Origin: Nymphaea colorata
Taxonomy: Eukaryota
Assembly: GCF_008831285.2 (NCBI RefSeq)
Contig: NC_045138.2
Span: 20,212,001 to 20,276,000, forward strand
Reading direction: 5' to 3'
Length of the DNA: 64,000 nucleotides
The translations under genes and the position numbers were made by a program. The notes under the pieces are model-generated. The model was not told the DNA's origin. It searched no databases and worked only from the letters and a program-made list of their open reading frames with translations. The stretch's first letter is position 1. Each line of letters starts with the position of its first letter. This document shows positions 11,424 through 23,945 of this stretch, piece by piece.

Positions 11424-12529
11424 CCAAAAAGTAAAAGGATGGCAAGTGATCTGACATCTATTTGTCTGTCGTCATAAACACTCACTTATCCAACTTCAAC
11501 TCAACTTGTCAGTATGGTGAGTTGATAGACATTCAGTCCTAGTTTGAGATATAAAATCAAGCACACTGATATACAAGTTGAAGTGTAGTGTGGCCGTCAC
11601 CTCAAAGCATAAGGATGGGGAAAGGGTGAACAGGACTGCTCAAACTAGGGATCGACCCATATCATAGTTCGGATTCAAGAAGTACCAAACCTTTTCCAAA
11701 CTCAATGTAATGAATTCTTATTCAGACAAATACTCGGACCATATTTTTTGATAAACTGAATTTGGATCCGACTAACATATATGACGTCTCACATCCATGT
11801 GTAGAAATTCGGATTTACGTGCATGACATGCTTCTTGTTTCGATGCAGACTTAGTAGGGAGGACAGACTTAATAGGTGAGGACGTGAATCATGTGGAACA
11901 GGTCATCTTGTTTTATATTGTTTTGTTGAGAGTGAGTATGAGTCAATATAGTTTGTGTGCATTTACACGCCACCCATGATGTAAAAACAAGTATGATTTA
12001 GAGAAGGAGTACACTGTGATGCCACTTATGATTTAAACACAAGTCACTTTATGAAATAGACCGCTTAATATGAGTCTAAGCTTTCTATGCTGTTTTGTGT
12101 ATATAACGAACGCAGCCAGATATAGACCCTAGTATCAATATGCATATTGACTTTAATGTCCACCTGTATCGTTTGTCATTATCTATCTTATATATGTACA
12201 AGAAGTGATGCAAGATAATGACTCGAGTATAAGATAATGTGGAATGGATAACAAAAGATGTATGAGATAAAACTATGAGCGAAACAAAAAAAACCAAAAA
12301 CATTTTTTTGCAAGTTTTGCCTGTATTCAATCTCAAAACATTTTTTTGCAGTTTTTTTATCCATATTCTATTTGTATTAATCATTATACTTTTTTGTCAT
12401 TATTAAAATAACTATGAAAAAATAGTATAACCAGCTTATGCTGATTCACCTACATTCATCCTTAAATAATGGGCTTACAGCAGCAGGAGGTTTGCATATA
12501 TATATATATATATATATATACACGACACG

Positions 12530-13397
12530 GCGCCTCAGATAGTGAAAGACTGCCGAGGCGTCCTCCGAGTCTTCAGCGATGGCTCAATCGTGCGATCCGC
12601 GGAGCGGAGTTTCCCCGTGACCGTGGATGACGATGGCTCGCTCAGCTAGGAGAACCTCGCCTTCAACCCGACCCACTCCCTTCAACTCCGCCTCTACAAG
12701 CCTCGCGGGACCCCGGCGGACAGCCTGCTTCCCCTCGTCCTCCACTTCCACGGCGGCAGATTCTGCATCGGGTCCTTCACGTGGCCCAATTTCTGCCTCC
12801 GATTTGCATCCACCCTCCCGACGATCGTCGCCGCCGTGGACTATCGCCTTGCTCTGGAGTACCCGCTCCCGGCGGCGATCTACGACACCTTCGCCGCGGT
12901 CGACTGGCACCCCCGTCTCGTCGGCTCGATTGCGGATCTCCGGCTCGGGAGACTCCGCAGGGGCAAACATCACCCACCACCTGGCGGTCGGGCTGGCCGG
13001 AAAGGGCCTCTCTCCGGTGACCGTGCGAGCGTTCGTCGTCTTGATGCCGTTCTTCACGGGCGAGGAGGGAACAGCGTCGGAGAGGGAGTGCCCGGCGACG
13101 GCTTTCCTTAACCTGGAGGTCAACGATCGGTACTGGAGGGTTGCGCTGCCACGAGGCGAGACGCGGGACCATCCGGTGGCGAACCCGTTCGGGCGGCGGA
13201 GCGCGGACCTTGGTCCGGTGGAGCTCGGCCCGATTCTAGAGGTGGACTACGCTCGGGGGCTAGAAAGGATGGGCAAGCGCGTGGAGCTCGCTGAGTTTGA
13301 GGGAGAGCAGCGTGGGTTCTCCACCGTCGAGCCTAACTCGATGGCCGCCCGCGCGCTCTTGGATCGGGTCCAGCACTTCGTGAATGAGACTTCTTGA
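12530..13397 (+). pseudogene. GC-rich CXE15-like carboxylesterase pseudogene (most ancestral-looking copy)
   Basis: Translates APQIVKDCRGVLRVFSDGSIVRS, then an in-frame TAG at 12647-12649 (conserved Trp). HFHGGRFCIGS follows, with a frameshift before SGDSAGANITHHLAV and then DRYWRVALPRGETRDHPVANPFG. The segment carrying the catalytic acid is deleted, the catalytic His is replaced by Arg (GEQRGF), and there is no in-frame ATG (ACG at 12527). Confidence 0.9.
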
Positions 13398-13849
13398 TAT
13401 GGATCCAGTTTTCATGTCTAAAATACGTTTTATGTCACGTAGAACTGCCAAAAAAGCATCTCAAGGTCTTTTCAATTTTGGAGATTTAAGTAAAATACTG
13501 TACACTTTTTGTGTTGTTAACCTACCCCTTAACAAATTCATTTTTCAAGCTTAAGGTCATAGACTGCAGTATGATACACTTTTTAATAGTTTTTTTACCT
13601 TTTATAATCCAAAACAATAACATCTATGAAAATAATCATAAAAATGACTAGCAAATTAGCAAAGTGTCTGGCGCCTGAGGATTTTTGTCATTTTGCAAAG
13701 AACAGATGATGCCTTCTGGAAATTCTTAAAACTGGAGGAGGAAGTACGAATAAAAGAAAAACGTAAATCAGAAAGTTGGAGGAGCGAAATTCGGGTGATT
13801 CTGTTGCCGGTTGTTCCTCAAAAGGCACGGATGTGCCGCTACGGGGTTT

Positions 13850-14088
13850 CCGGCGGAACGTTTTTCGCTCAGGTCCTTGGAAGGCTTTGCCGTAGATTTT
13901 CCCCACACCCACTTATCGCCGGAGCTCTCGCCGGAAATCAAAAACGGAGGCCGGACTTCTCACTCGCTCATCGCTATCTAGGCAGGGAGGAGGACGAGCA
14001 GACGCGATTTGACGTTTTCTTTTAAGTTTGGCGGGAACCGCGCGAAGAGACCAGTGCTCCGTCCGTTCTCCCCGGTTTTCTGGAACAG
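13850..14088 (+). promoter_or_regulatory. Probable 5' UTR exon of the truncated MyoB7 paralogue (intron 14089-15578)
   Basis: Homologous to ~22858-23112. Ends at the donor CAG|GTACGC in both paralogues. Acceptor TGGTTTCAG at 15578 matches TGGTTTCAG at 23873. Confidence 0.65.
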
Positions 14089-15663
14089 GTACGCATGTGC
14101 GTTCCGTGGTCTGAACTGTTACGGCCTAACTCGTTTGGCAATTCCATGGGATTTCTGCGTTTCTGCTTCTTCCAAGATTGGATCTGAAAACCTCAAGCTT
14201 TGATGTTTCTGAAAATCAGAATCAAGCCTCGTCTTTTATGCGATTTGTTTTCCGAAATTTAAGGAGATTATGGCTTACGTAACAATGTACAGCTAAAGTT
14301 GAGGAAAGATTTAATGGAAATTTCCGAACTAGTTTCTTACTTCCTTATTCTTTTCCGCTCAATGCAACCTGTGAAATCTGTTTCAATCAATCCAAATTCC
14401 TGAGTCGGAGAGAGCAAATCTGAATGTTTTTGTTCAAATAATGCTGAAACAAGAAATTGTAGCCTCAATCCTTACCAAAATTGTACAAAATTTTCAGTTT
14501 ATCCCTAAAAACAGATTGTCAAAATGAGAAACTGATCATCTGGCCCTTCGTCAATGGTACAAAAGTCGATAACCGATATGAACAACTTAATGGGACGCAA
14601 AATCTGGTGCTAGAACGCAAGAGTTGAAAAAATGAATTAAGCATAAAAGAATGTTCATTACATTTGATTGCCGTTTTCCCAGATTTTTTTTTTGGTCGAC
14701 CTTATTTTTTGGAGAGGGAAATGGTTGGAGCAATATATATGTGTTGGTCCATTGGCTCATATGAGACTATTCCTCATTTTTCATTTTAAAATTAGCAAAT
14801 ATTTTAGTATGGTATTAAATAAAATATAAAAAATGCTTAATATTCAAAAGCCTGTCGTTCTTTGATTTGCAGCTACTGAAAATATGAATCGAAAAGATGA
14901 AACTGCTGATTGGGCAAATCAGCCAAATCACCTATGCAGCTGAAGCTGAATTGGTTATAAATTGGGAAAACACTATTAAGGAGATTAATTTTAAAAATGA
15001 ATAATAAAAAATTAACAGGAGAATTCTTAAAATGTTTTAAAATTATCTAATGACTAACAAGTAGGCACTCTTGAAGCGACCATCGACCAATTTGCCACCA
15101 AATTGATTAAAATCAGAATATTTAGTTCGAATATAGGTAGCTTTAAATGGCACGATTTCACCATTGTTTTTTACAGACAAAATAAATAATTCAAGGTTGA
15201 ATGACTAACTGGCCATAGGTAGAGTCCTCAGTCGGGTCTAATGGGTTAGTCCAAATTAACAAGATTTATATCTGCCAGGCAAGTATGATGCGTATTGGGC
15301 GGAGATGCTCCAATTCCGATGACATTGCATGATTTTCTTACTTCTATACCTTTCATAAACATATAGAAAAATAAAATGGGTGCATGAGAAACTACTGTTT
15401 TCTCTGAAATTCCTTGCACGCTTATCTAATCGCTCATTTATAGATGCCTCTTCTCATTAACTTGCCCTTGTACTTTTTATCTGCTTTTATTGGTAACAGA
15501 ACAAGTTTGATATTTGAAAGTGATCTAGAGCCTAACCGCTGATCAAGGTTATGTATGCATTTTCTTTCCTGGTTTCAGGCCATTATAGCTGAATGGAGAG
15601 GGTGGAAATTTTGAGGTTGGGGATATAAAAGCATCATATACACAATCTGTTCTAAGGAACAAT

Positions 15664-17085
15664 ATGGAATCTCCTTCCGACTCCAATGAATGCTGTAGTT
15701 CTAGCCCAAATGGCAGCGGTAAATGGAGCCGCTCCATGAAGAGGAAGGCTGAACAGGATGAGGAACTCGCCGGTCACAGAGTGGATGCGGTTGATGATTC
15801 GGACTGCTTTTCAGTTGCTAGGATTGAAATTGAGAATGAGTGCATGGTTTTGAGAGAGACGGTTAACAGCCAGCAGCAACAAATTCAGGAGCTTTGCATG
15901 GAGTTGGACGAAGAAAGAAATGCATCTTCTACTGCTGCAAATGAGGCCATGTCTCTGATCTTGCGCCTGCAGAATGAAAAGGCTGAGGTCCAGATGGAAG
16001 CTGTGCAGTTTAAGCGGTTTGCGGAAGAGAAAATGGCCCATGATGAGCAGGAGCTGCTGTGTTTGGAAGATTTGTTACATAAGAAAAATCAGCTCATAGA
16101 GTCGCTAAATTCTGAGATACAAGCTTACAGGAACAGATTGATGAGCTATGATTCGGATCAGTTCGATTTCGGGGATGCTAAGGAAGGTTCTTTCACAAGC
16201 GGGCAAAACGGAAATAGGAGAGATCGGGAGAAGCAGGAAAACGCAGATTTTCATGAACCAGAAGAATCAAATAGGTCCGTGTATTCAGAGGATACTCCAG
16301 TCCGTGGGCTGAAGTTCAACTCCTTTGCATACCCACCATTGAAATGCAGCTTGAGCGGGACTGAAGATTTTTCAGATGATGACGATCCATTGGACTTCGT
16401 GAACTATGTTTCGGGCGTACCTCATCGTGACAGAGGTCAAGTTGAGAATTTTGCAGACAGTAAAGGATTAAACACACCAAAAGGTTCGAAACATTCTAGG
16501 CATTTGTCTGCAGATAGCACTAGCGCCTGCTCTGTTGTAGTGAAGGAAGGAAACCAAGAATGTGTTGCAGAAAACACAGAAAACGAAGAATATGTTGCAG
16601 AAAACATGTTCACATCTGGCCCAAGTGAGAACCCAAAAAGGCTGAAAGAGTTTTCTACTCTTGAAGATTATTGCTGTTCTACAAATTGGGGCAATTCTGC
16701 TGACGATGCTGCTGATGATGCTAGTGACGTAATAGATGCTGTTGACTCCACACATGGTGCGGGTGATTCCAGGAAGAAATCAGATGAAAATGAAGGTTCG
16801 GAGGCGGAACAATCTCCATACGACAGCAAGGTTGAGAGTCCTACTTATTATACAACTGATGCGAACTTTTTCAATCTTCGACAGGACGATGGCCCTTTTG
16901 ATTGTAAAGTTCAGCATGGGAAACCTGATAAGAAGTCTGGTATACCAAGAGATTCGTTAAAACGGACCAACATGGGAGGCAGAGATATTGCTAAGAAGCT
17001 ATACTCAAGTCTTCAGTCCCTCGAGGCAGACATGGAATCGATGAGGGAAATAATCATGTCCATGCAGGCAGACGATTGCATCTGA
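15664..17085 (+). CDS. MyoB7-like GTD-binding (zein-binding/DUF593) protein, C-terminally truncated paralogue, 473 aa
   Basis: Uninterrupted ORF with the DUF593 coiled coil (ARIEIENECMVLRE...ELDEERNASSTAANEAMSLILRLQNEKAEVQMEA). Collinear with 23946-25529 but stops at MSMQADDCI*. No counterpart of the last two exons is seen downstream. Confidence 0.85.
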   Translation: MESPSDSNECCSSSPNGSGKWSRSMKRKAEQDEELAGHRVDAVDDSDCFSVARIEIENECMVLRETVNSQQQQIQELCMELDEERNASSTAANEAMSLILRLQNEKAEVQMEAVQFKRFAEEKMAHDEQELLCLEDLLHKKNQLIESLNSEIQAYRNRLMSYDSDQFDFGDAKEGSFTSGQNGNRRDREKQENADFHEPEESNRSVYSEDTPVRGLKFNSFAYPPLKCSLSGTEDFSDDDDPLDFVNYVSGVPHRDRGQVENFADSKGLNTPKGSKHSRHLSADSTSACSVVVKEGNQECVAENTENEEYVAENMFTSGPSENPKRLKEFSTLEDYCCSTNWGNSADDAADDASDVIDAVDSTHGAGDSRKKSDENEGSEAEQSPYDSKVESPTYYTTDANFFNLRQDDGPFDCKVQHGKPDKKSGIPRDSLKRTNMGGRDIAKKLYSSLQSLEADMESMREIIMSMQADDCI

Positions 17086-18070
17086 TAGCTAGCCAGATAC
17101 TTCTTGTTGCCCAACTTTTTCGAAGACACTCTGTTAGTGGCATCAATTCAGACAGGCATATAGCTTTATTTTTGTGACCCTCTCATTTGCTGGGCCTGTC
17201 ATTTTCATCTTTGACATGATATGCGCTTCTTGTGACAGTATTAAGAACTCTTGGCCTCAGTCTTCCAACTTGTAGATAACAGCAGTATCTATATCCGTCT
17301 GGTGAAGACAGACAAATTTGTAGTTTGGCTATTGATTTCTGATTAAGATGTGCAAAATAAATCAATTCATACTGATTCAGTTCAACAAATATAAACTAGC
17401 TTTTCTTGTATGAACTGACTCTTTATATTCTTCGGAAAAGAATTGATCATCTCTGTTAAGGACATTGGAAGCATTGGTAAATAATAGATCGATTCTCCTG
17501 TATTGATAGGGACTTCATTAAAGAGTTGTGAGGAGTTCGAGGAAGAAAGAGATCACGATCTACCAATTTGTTACAGTCAGTATATTTTGCCGTATTTCGT
17601 TTCCATTTATGTATTTTCTTCTCTTGTATATCTCCTTTGATCGAGGTAAAATCACAAAATGTATTGATGTAATATCATTCAAGCCTGATGCAAGGTATAG
17701 AAAAATCCTTTTAATTTCCTGCTTTCCCAAATCTAAATTAGGGGGCAATCCAACAGCTAACCAAGAAGCCAAAAAAGTTTGATTGTTCTTACGATTCTCT
17801 CTATCAATATGTGAAAGTGGACATTAGAATCATATTAAGAGCTACATAAATAATTAGATCCTTAATGTGAGTGAATCCCTTGAAGGTGATTTTGTATAAA
17901 TAATTCTGACATTGTAAAAATTATTAGAAGAAACGTTATACATTAACGACATTTGATACATATTATCGTCCTTCCTTATGGCAGGCCACTTCAGTGCACT
18001 GTATCTTCTGAAAGATATGTCTGTAACAGAGTGGCTCCATATGAGGGTGTGTAAGCAGGAAGCGTTGGGT

Positions 18071-18404
18071 CTAAGTCACAGAGGTAAGTGGGGAAGGCCC
18101 ACGTACCCATACTGGCGTACCGGTACGGCAAAACGGGAGGTACGACAGGGTATGTTTGGATCTATTTCGAGTCAGAACCGATCCAAACCACAAAAAAAAA
18201 ATATTGTCTTAGTCGATTTATGTTTTTTTAATGAGATTATATGTAGGAACTATGAAAGGAACATTGTCTTAATGATGTGATGATGTCAATTTTACTTTTT
18301 GGAATTCAAAATATATAATTGTCGCCGTAACGCCATACCAAGATTGGTGAAAATGTTGTCCTCATACCAATACCAGCACCGGTACTCGTACTTATGTGAC
18401 ATAG
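18071..18404. mobile_element. MITE with GTAC/CGGTAC subterminal repeats
   Basis: Imperfect ~16-bp TIR CTAAGTCACAGAGGTA / TACTTATGTGACATAG, flanked by TTGGGT(C) on both sides (TSD-like). AT-rich centre. Confidence 0.65.
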
Positions 18405-18496
18405 CTTGGGTCCATACAAAAGCTAATAGGATAATAATTAGATTCCTCCATAACCAAGTTGATAATTGGCCAGGTTAAAGTTGGGAAGAACTTGTA

Positions 18497-18652
18497 AAGT
18501 TTTCTTGAAGTTCAGGACTAAGTTTCTTCTTTTAAAAAATTTCTAATTATTAAATCATACTCTAAACAGGAAGAAGTTTTCTTGAAGTTCAGGACTAAGT
18601 TTCTTCTTTTAAAAAATTTCTAATTATTAAATCATACTCTAAACAGGAAGAA
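18497..18652. repeat. Perfect 77-bp tandem duplication
   Basis: aagttttcttgaagttcaggact...ctaaacaggaag occurs at 18497 and again at 18574. Confidence 0.9.
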
Positions 18653-19762
18653 ACTTTCTAGCAGTTGAATCACAAAATAGAGACTACGCTAATATATTAT
18701 CTAATATTCTTAGGAAACTTTCATCAAAAGGCAATCTGTCTAGTGGAAGCTGTGAATTTTGAGAGGCATAATGAAATTTTCCTGAATGGATCAGAATTTG
18801 TGAACCCAGGCTTCGGCTCTCGCCCAAGCAGTGGAATAACCCTCTTGGTCACCCGGAAATACTGCAATAATGGCAGCTACAGGCAGACGAAGTCATGCCC
18901 AGATGACACGGAAAATTGGAAAACCAGTTGCCACTATATGGACTAGCTCCTAATTGTTCTTTTTCAAGAGAACTTAAAAGGCAGTCCAAGTCAAGCAAAG
19001 CAAACATTATCAGCCTAGTACAATTATATGTATGATGAATTGATAGTCGGATTTAAAGACAACATTTATATTTATAGTGCTCTTAGAACATAACATAGTT
19101 CTTAAATCATGTGTTTTAGAAGGACATACTTCAACAAACAATGCATTTCTTACCAAACGCCTTACAAGAATATGAATATATGACTCATCGAGAACAGTTA
19201 TGTAGACAAGTGTCCAAACCTCTTTTATTTCTCATACAAATTTTCTCGATTTCAAGAAAACATAGGATTTCGTTCTTAATTGGTTGTTTTCGTAACAATA
19301 ACAAGTTGTTACTGTTTCATGAATCTGTTCCAAAAATTAAGGTAGATTCATAGAGTACTGTGTTTGCATGGTCCGTGAATCTATCCAAATTGATTCAGAA
19401 AATAGTAACAACTTAAACTTGTTATTGTTGCCAAACATGCTATAAGGGATCACCTTTTTATTATCTAAAAGATCTACATGAAGTCTTCTTCCTTCCCTTC
19501 CCAAAAGCATGTTTAATAGCTCACAATCAAAGTCTACTAAACAGACGAAATTATCTCCTGCCCGTACACCAACATACCCTAACCATTAAACAAGGTAAAA
19601 GTTTTCCAAAGAGAATTCCAAACGCTTTACACCTTCACTTTCTAAAATTTCTAGAACAAAAGCATAGTTGGTGAACTTGCCCATCTAAGTCATGAGTCAT
19701 CTAAGTCGGTTAGAATCATCCATTTATTGGGTCACTAATCAAGTCTGATAAAGTCAGATGGG

Positions 19763-20059
19763 ATCATCAACTAATTATATATTTCTTTTGCAATGTGTGT
19801 TGTTGAATCCTAAAGTTTGTTATTTTTTTATTTGTAAAATGTCATAAACTTTATTGAATATACACAAAAACTCATATTACATATTATCTAGTTTTAGTTG
19901 ATGAAAAATCATCAACTAATAATTATATGTTTCTTTAGACATGTGTTGTCGAATACTAAAGTTTGTTATTTTTTTTATTTGCAACATGTTATCAACTTTA
20001 TTGAATATACACAAAAACTCATACTACATATTATCTAGTTTTAATTGATGAAAAAATCA
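19763..20059. repeat. Diverged ~146-bp tandem duplication
   Basis: atcatcaactaat...gttgatgaaaaa occurs at 19763 and 19908. Confidence 0.85.
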
Positions 20060-22857
20060 AACGTAAATTTCTCACAAACTTACCTTCTTTATTTATTTAC
20101 AGAAAAAAAATGTACTACGAAAATTTATGACTGAACTCAACCAAGTCACCAACTCAACTCTCTAACCTAGTGACCTAGTGTTTAGCCAGTTTAAGTCTAA
20201 ATTATGGGTTTGAACAAAAGTTGGCCTCATGGGTCTACTAATGTTCATTGGCAAAAAAACAAAATAATCAATCAGTCTTTTCTTACACCAGTGCCCTAAA
20301 AGGACACCAAAAAATCAGGAAACGTCCACTAACTTCAACTCGAAACAACTGGAGAATGTTTGCTTCAGTCCTGTCATTCATCCAGTATATTTCTTCCTGT
20401 CCTTTCTTATCAGAAGTACTTAACATAGGATTCTCATGTATCATCAATCAGTATACTATTTTTATTGATCGTAAGGTCCCACTCTTTAACTAGCCAGCAT
20501 GTGGACATAGTTAACTCACCATTCCCAAAATTTTTCAAATTGCATAATGGATGCTTGATCCACCTTGTTACTTGAATTGTTAGTACTTATTTTCTAAAAA
20601 TAACATGAAAAAGAGTTAAATAAAAATATTTTAAAAATAACTAAAAACTCTGGCAGTGGCTCTTCAAATTGGTTGACACTGCTTTGAGTTCCGGCAGAGT
20701 TTATTCTAAAAGGCAAACAGATAAATGTTCGTCAAAATCTAGATATAGCATAACTGGTTAGACAGGTGGCGAAGTAGAGATGTGTAGCTATTTTAATTCC
20801 CGTGGGCATTGTGCTCTTGCACCCATATTGAAACTGGTCGAGCTGGTGGTATGAGAAAGATGTATTGCCAATTCAATTCTAATGGGCGCTATGCTTTTGT
20901 ATCATATTATAGACACGAAAGTAAACCTACATCTTATATCAACATGCACCCCAACCACATATTTTTTTATGCAAATTCAAAATATTTTTTTTTTTATCTT
21001 TGTCTCTTTCTTTCTTTATTATAGTAATAAAAGTAAAAATAAAGGTAAAATTGAGCCAAGAAACAAGCTAAAAATTATATATAATATGCATACATTTAAA
21101 CGAAGCTCTTTTCTCAATCCTCTCACTCACTATTATAAGTCTGAATCGGAACAATTCAATCGTTTATGGGCAATTTTTTTGCAAAATGGAAATATACTTT
21201 CGACTTGAGGAAAGTTAGTACATCGAGAATATAAAATGTCACATTTTTGGGAGTAGGTTAGCAGTGTGAGTGTTGAAAACAATAAATAGTAATACTATAT
21301 AGGAATTATGCTTAATATAGAAAATCCAAACGAAATTTTCTTTAAGAAAGGGCCACACGCACGTTGAGATGGGACCCACAGGGGCAGTGCTAAATAAGAT
21401 GTGCCGGCAAGAGTTCCGGTCATCAACAAGAAGAACTTTATTGAAAGTAACTTTTATTATCTTTTGGTCATCAAGATCTTCAGTAACGGCTGCCATTTCC
21501 ATTTTTCTTATGTGATTCCTGTTTTTCTAATAAATGTTTTAAAAAAAGATCCGCCATTAACATGATAGTGATGATTTTTTAAACTAAAATACAATTATAT
21601 TCGTTTATTTTGCTTAGGGAGAGGGTTCTAATTTAGAAAAATCAAACCGAGTGTTAAAAAAGAGGTTATTTGTTATGAATTTCCATTTTTTTATAACACA
21701 CAGCCTCATTGGCGTGTGTGTTTACAGAGAAAAGGGGATGATAGCCCTTTAAGCAAAATATTATTGAGAAGATAATGTGGGGAAGCATAATTTTAGCAAA
21801 AGTAAGGTTTCCTCCTAGTACACATAAAAAATGTAAGCCTAAATTGGGATAATACGTTAATGATAGTACTCAAATAGAAAAATCTAAAGTCCGAACTTTT
21901 GTATAATAATAGTTTTGAACGATAGAATTTTGTTTTGCAAAGTAATATCTCTTTGTCCCCTTAGGTTTAGAGAATTTGTTGAAACCCCCTTCCTTTTTTT
22001 CTTTTTGCAAAACTAGACATTTTTATTTTTTGCAACCACGACATCCGGCCTCACACATGAGCGTGTCAAAATATATATATATATATATATATATATCGAG
22101 CCCCCTCTCTTGACTCGAATTTGTGGACGTAGAGCGCGTGTTTGACTTGGTACTCCAATTTTTGATAATTGTAAAATACTTTTACAATTAAGTGCCTATT
22201 AAAGTATATTAAAATCACATGGCCATGAGTCCGTGCATCAACTCATTAACTTTACTAAACCTGTACACAAATGTTTATGCTACATGTTATTCAGTTTTAT
22301 GTGAGAAGAAAAATCAAACATGAAGTCTCATATATTCACTTTATTTTAAAAAAAAAAAACTCGACAAAGGGAGTCTCGCCAGAGTGTGCAAGTAGGCTTG
22401 GGCATCGAGATGACCCGATAAAAGTCGGCTAAGCCGGCCCGATACCTGAAACTCAAGATTCAAGCGCTAGAGAGAGACTCAACATCTTCACCGCTTCATT
22501 GAGCCGATAAAATAAGAAATATATAACAAAATTTGGGGACAAGAAGTCCCCTAAAGACTCAACATCTTGACCGCCTCGTTGAGGTTGGGATGAGAGAGAG
22601 AATGTCTTCGTAATGCAGCAAACACGGGCTTTCAAAACTTTGGTTTTGAAGGTGCGAGAAGTCGATTAGAATTGAACTCAGTTTCCGGGGTTTCATATCA
22701 TTTGAAAAAAATTGGGCACCTTACGCTAAATGTTGCAAAACGTGAGGGGTTAATCAGAAAAATGAAAATGAAATATATAAAAAACGAAGATTTGACCAGC
22801 GAAATTCGCATCCGTCGTCTCTTGGTTTTGCCTCAAAAAGATTTGATTTCCCTCCTT

Positions 22858-23112
22858 AGGGTTTCCGGCGTAACGTTTTCCTCCGGGGTCCACGGAAGGT
22901 GTTGACAGACGTTTCCCGACCCGATTCTCGCCGGAGTTTTTGCCGGAAATCAGAACGGGGCATGATGCTCTGATTCCCTTCCAGATTTCCATTTCTCACG
23001 TCCAGACAAGGAGGAGGCCTGAACGCCCGTTCCGCGGCAGTTTCCCGTCGGTTTTGGCGGGAACGCCGCGAAGAGACGGAGAACTCCGCCGTTCTCTCCG
23101 CTGTCAGATCAG
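22858..23112 (+). promoter_or_regulatory. Probable 5' UTR exon of full-length MyoB7 (intron 23113-23873), starting at a telo-box
   Basis: TAGGGTTT at ~22857, donor CAG|GTACGC at 23113 and acceptor TTTCAG at 23873. Conserved with 13850-14088. Confidence 0.65.
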
Positions 23113-23945
23113 GTACGCCTTTGTCGATGGTTTTGGATCGTTACTGTTCTGAACATGAGGGGATTATATGAAGCTTCGCGTATTTCTGTTTCGTCTGAGA
23201 TAGAATTTGTGAATGTCGCGCGTGAAGTTTTGAGACGAGGCCAGGCCTCGTTTTCTGACGTGCATTTTACATTTTTTTCTGGAATCCAACGAGGCTTTGA
23301 GGTATTGCTGTGATTTTCATACGCGTATCCTTTGGTGTTCGATTTGTATATTCTGAGCTTGAGTTGCCTGAAAACGATTGACAAATTTGTGCTTGTATTG
23401 TAGTCCGTTTAATTTCGTAGTAGATTTCAGAGGATCTTTTGTTAAGTCATTGTTACGTGAAATAGGAGAGCGAAATAATCATTTGAAGCTTACTTCCATT
23501 TACAATTGAAGCAGATGGGATATCTATTTATTCATTTTCTGTTTTATTTTTCTTTGATACAAGAATTAATTCCGTTTTGGTGGTGGTAATTTAAATTTCC
23601 TGCTCATGAAAATAATTGTGGAAAGGCTTGTGGTAATAACTGAGTGGAATTTCTCTGTCTATTGATCAGGCAAACTTTTGAATGTGGATCGGATACATCA
23701 TGGATGGGAAAAAACTACGTAAAGAAAATACAGCAGGCTTGTTCGTGGTTCTTTCATATGGTTTTTCCCCCTCGTCTTATTGTCGTTCAGATGAATTTGA
23801 ATAAGTTTGAATTCATTCCCAGAAGGTAACTACTGAAGATGGTGGTGATTGCCTTTTTGCTTTATGGTTTCAGGGAACTGCGACTTAATACAGCGACGGA
23901 CACCTGATGATTAAGAGATAGGAGCAGAAACGTCCGTTCCAGGTC

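Noticed and set aside
12584..13172. Long antisense and alternative-frame ORFs over the GC-rich CXE pseudogene
   Set aside because: Shadow ORFs caused by high GC and few stop codons.
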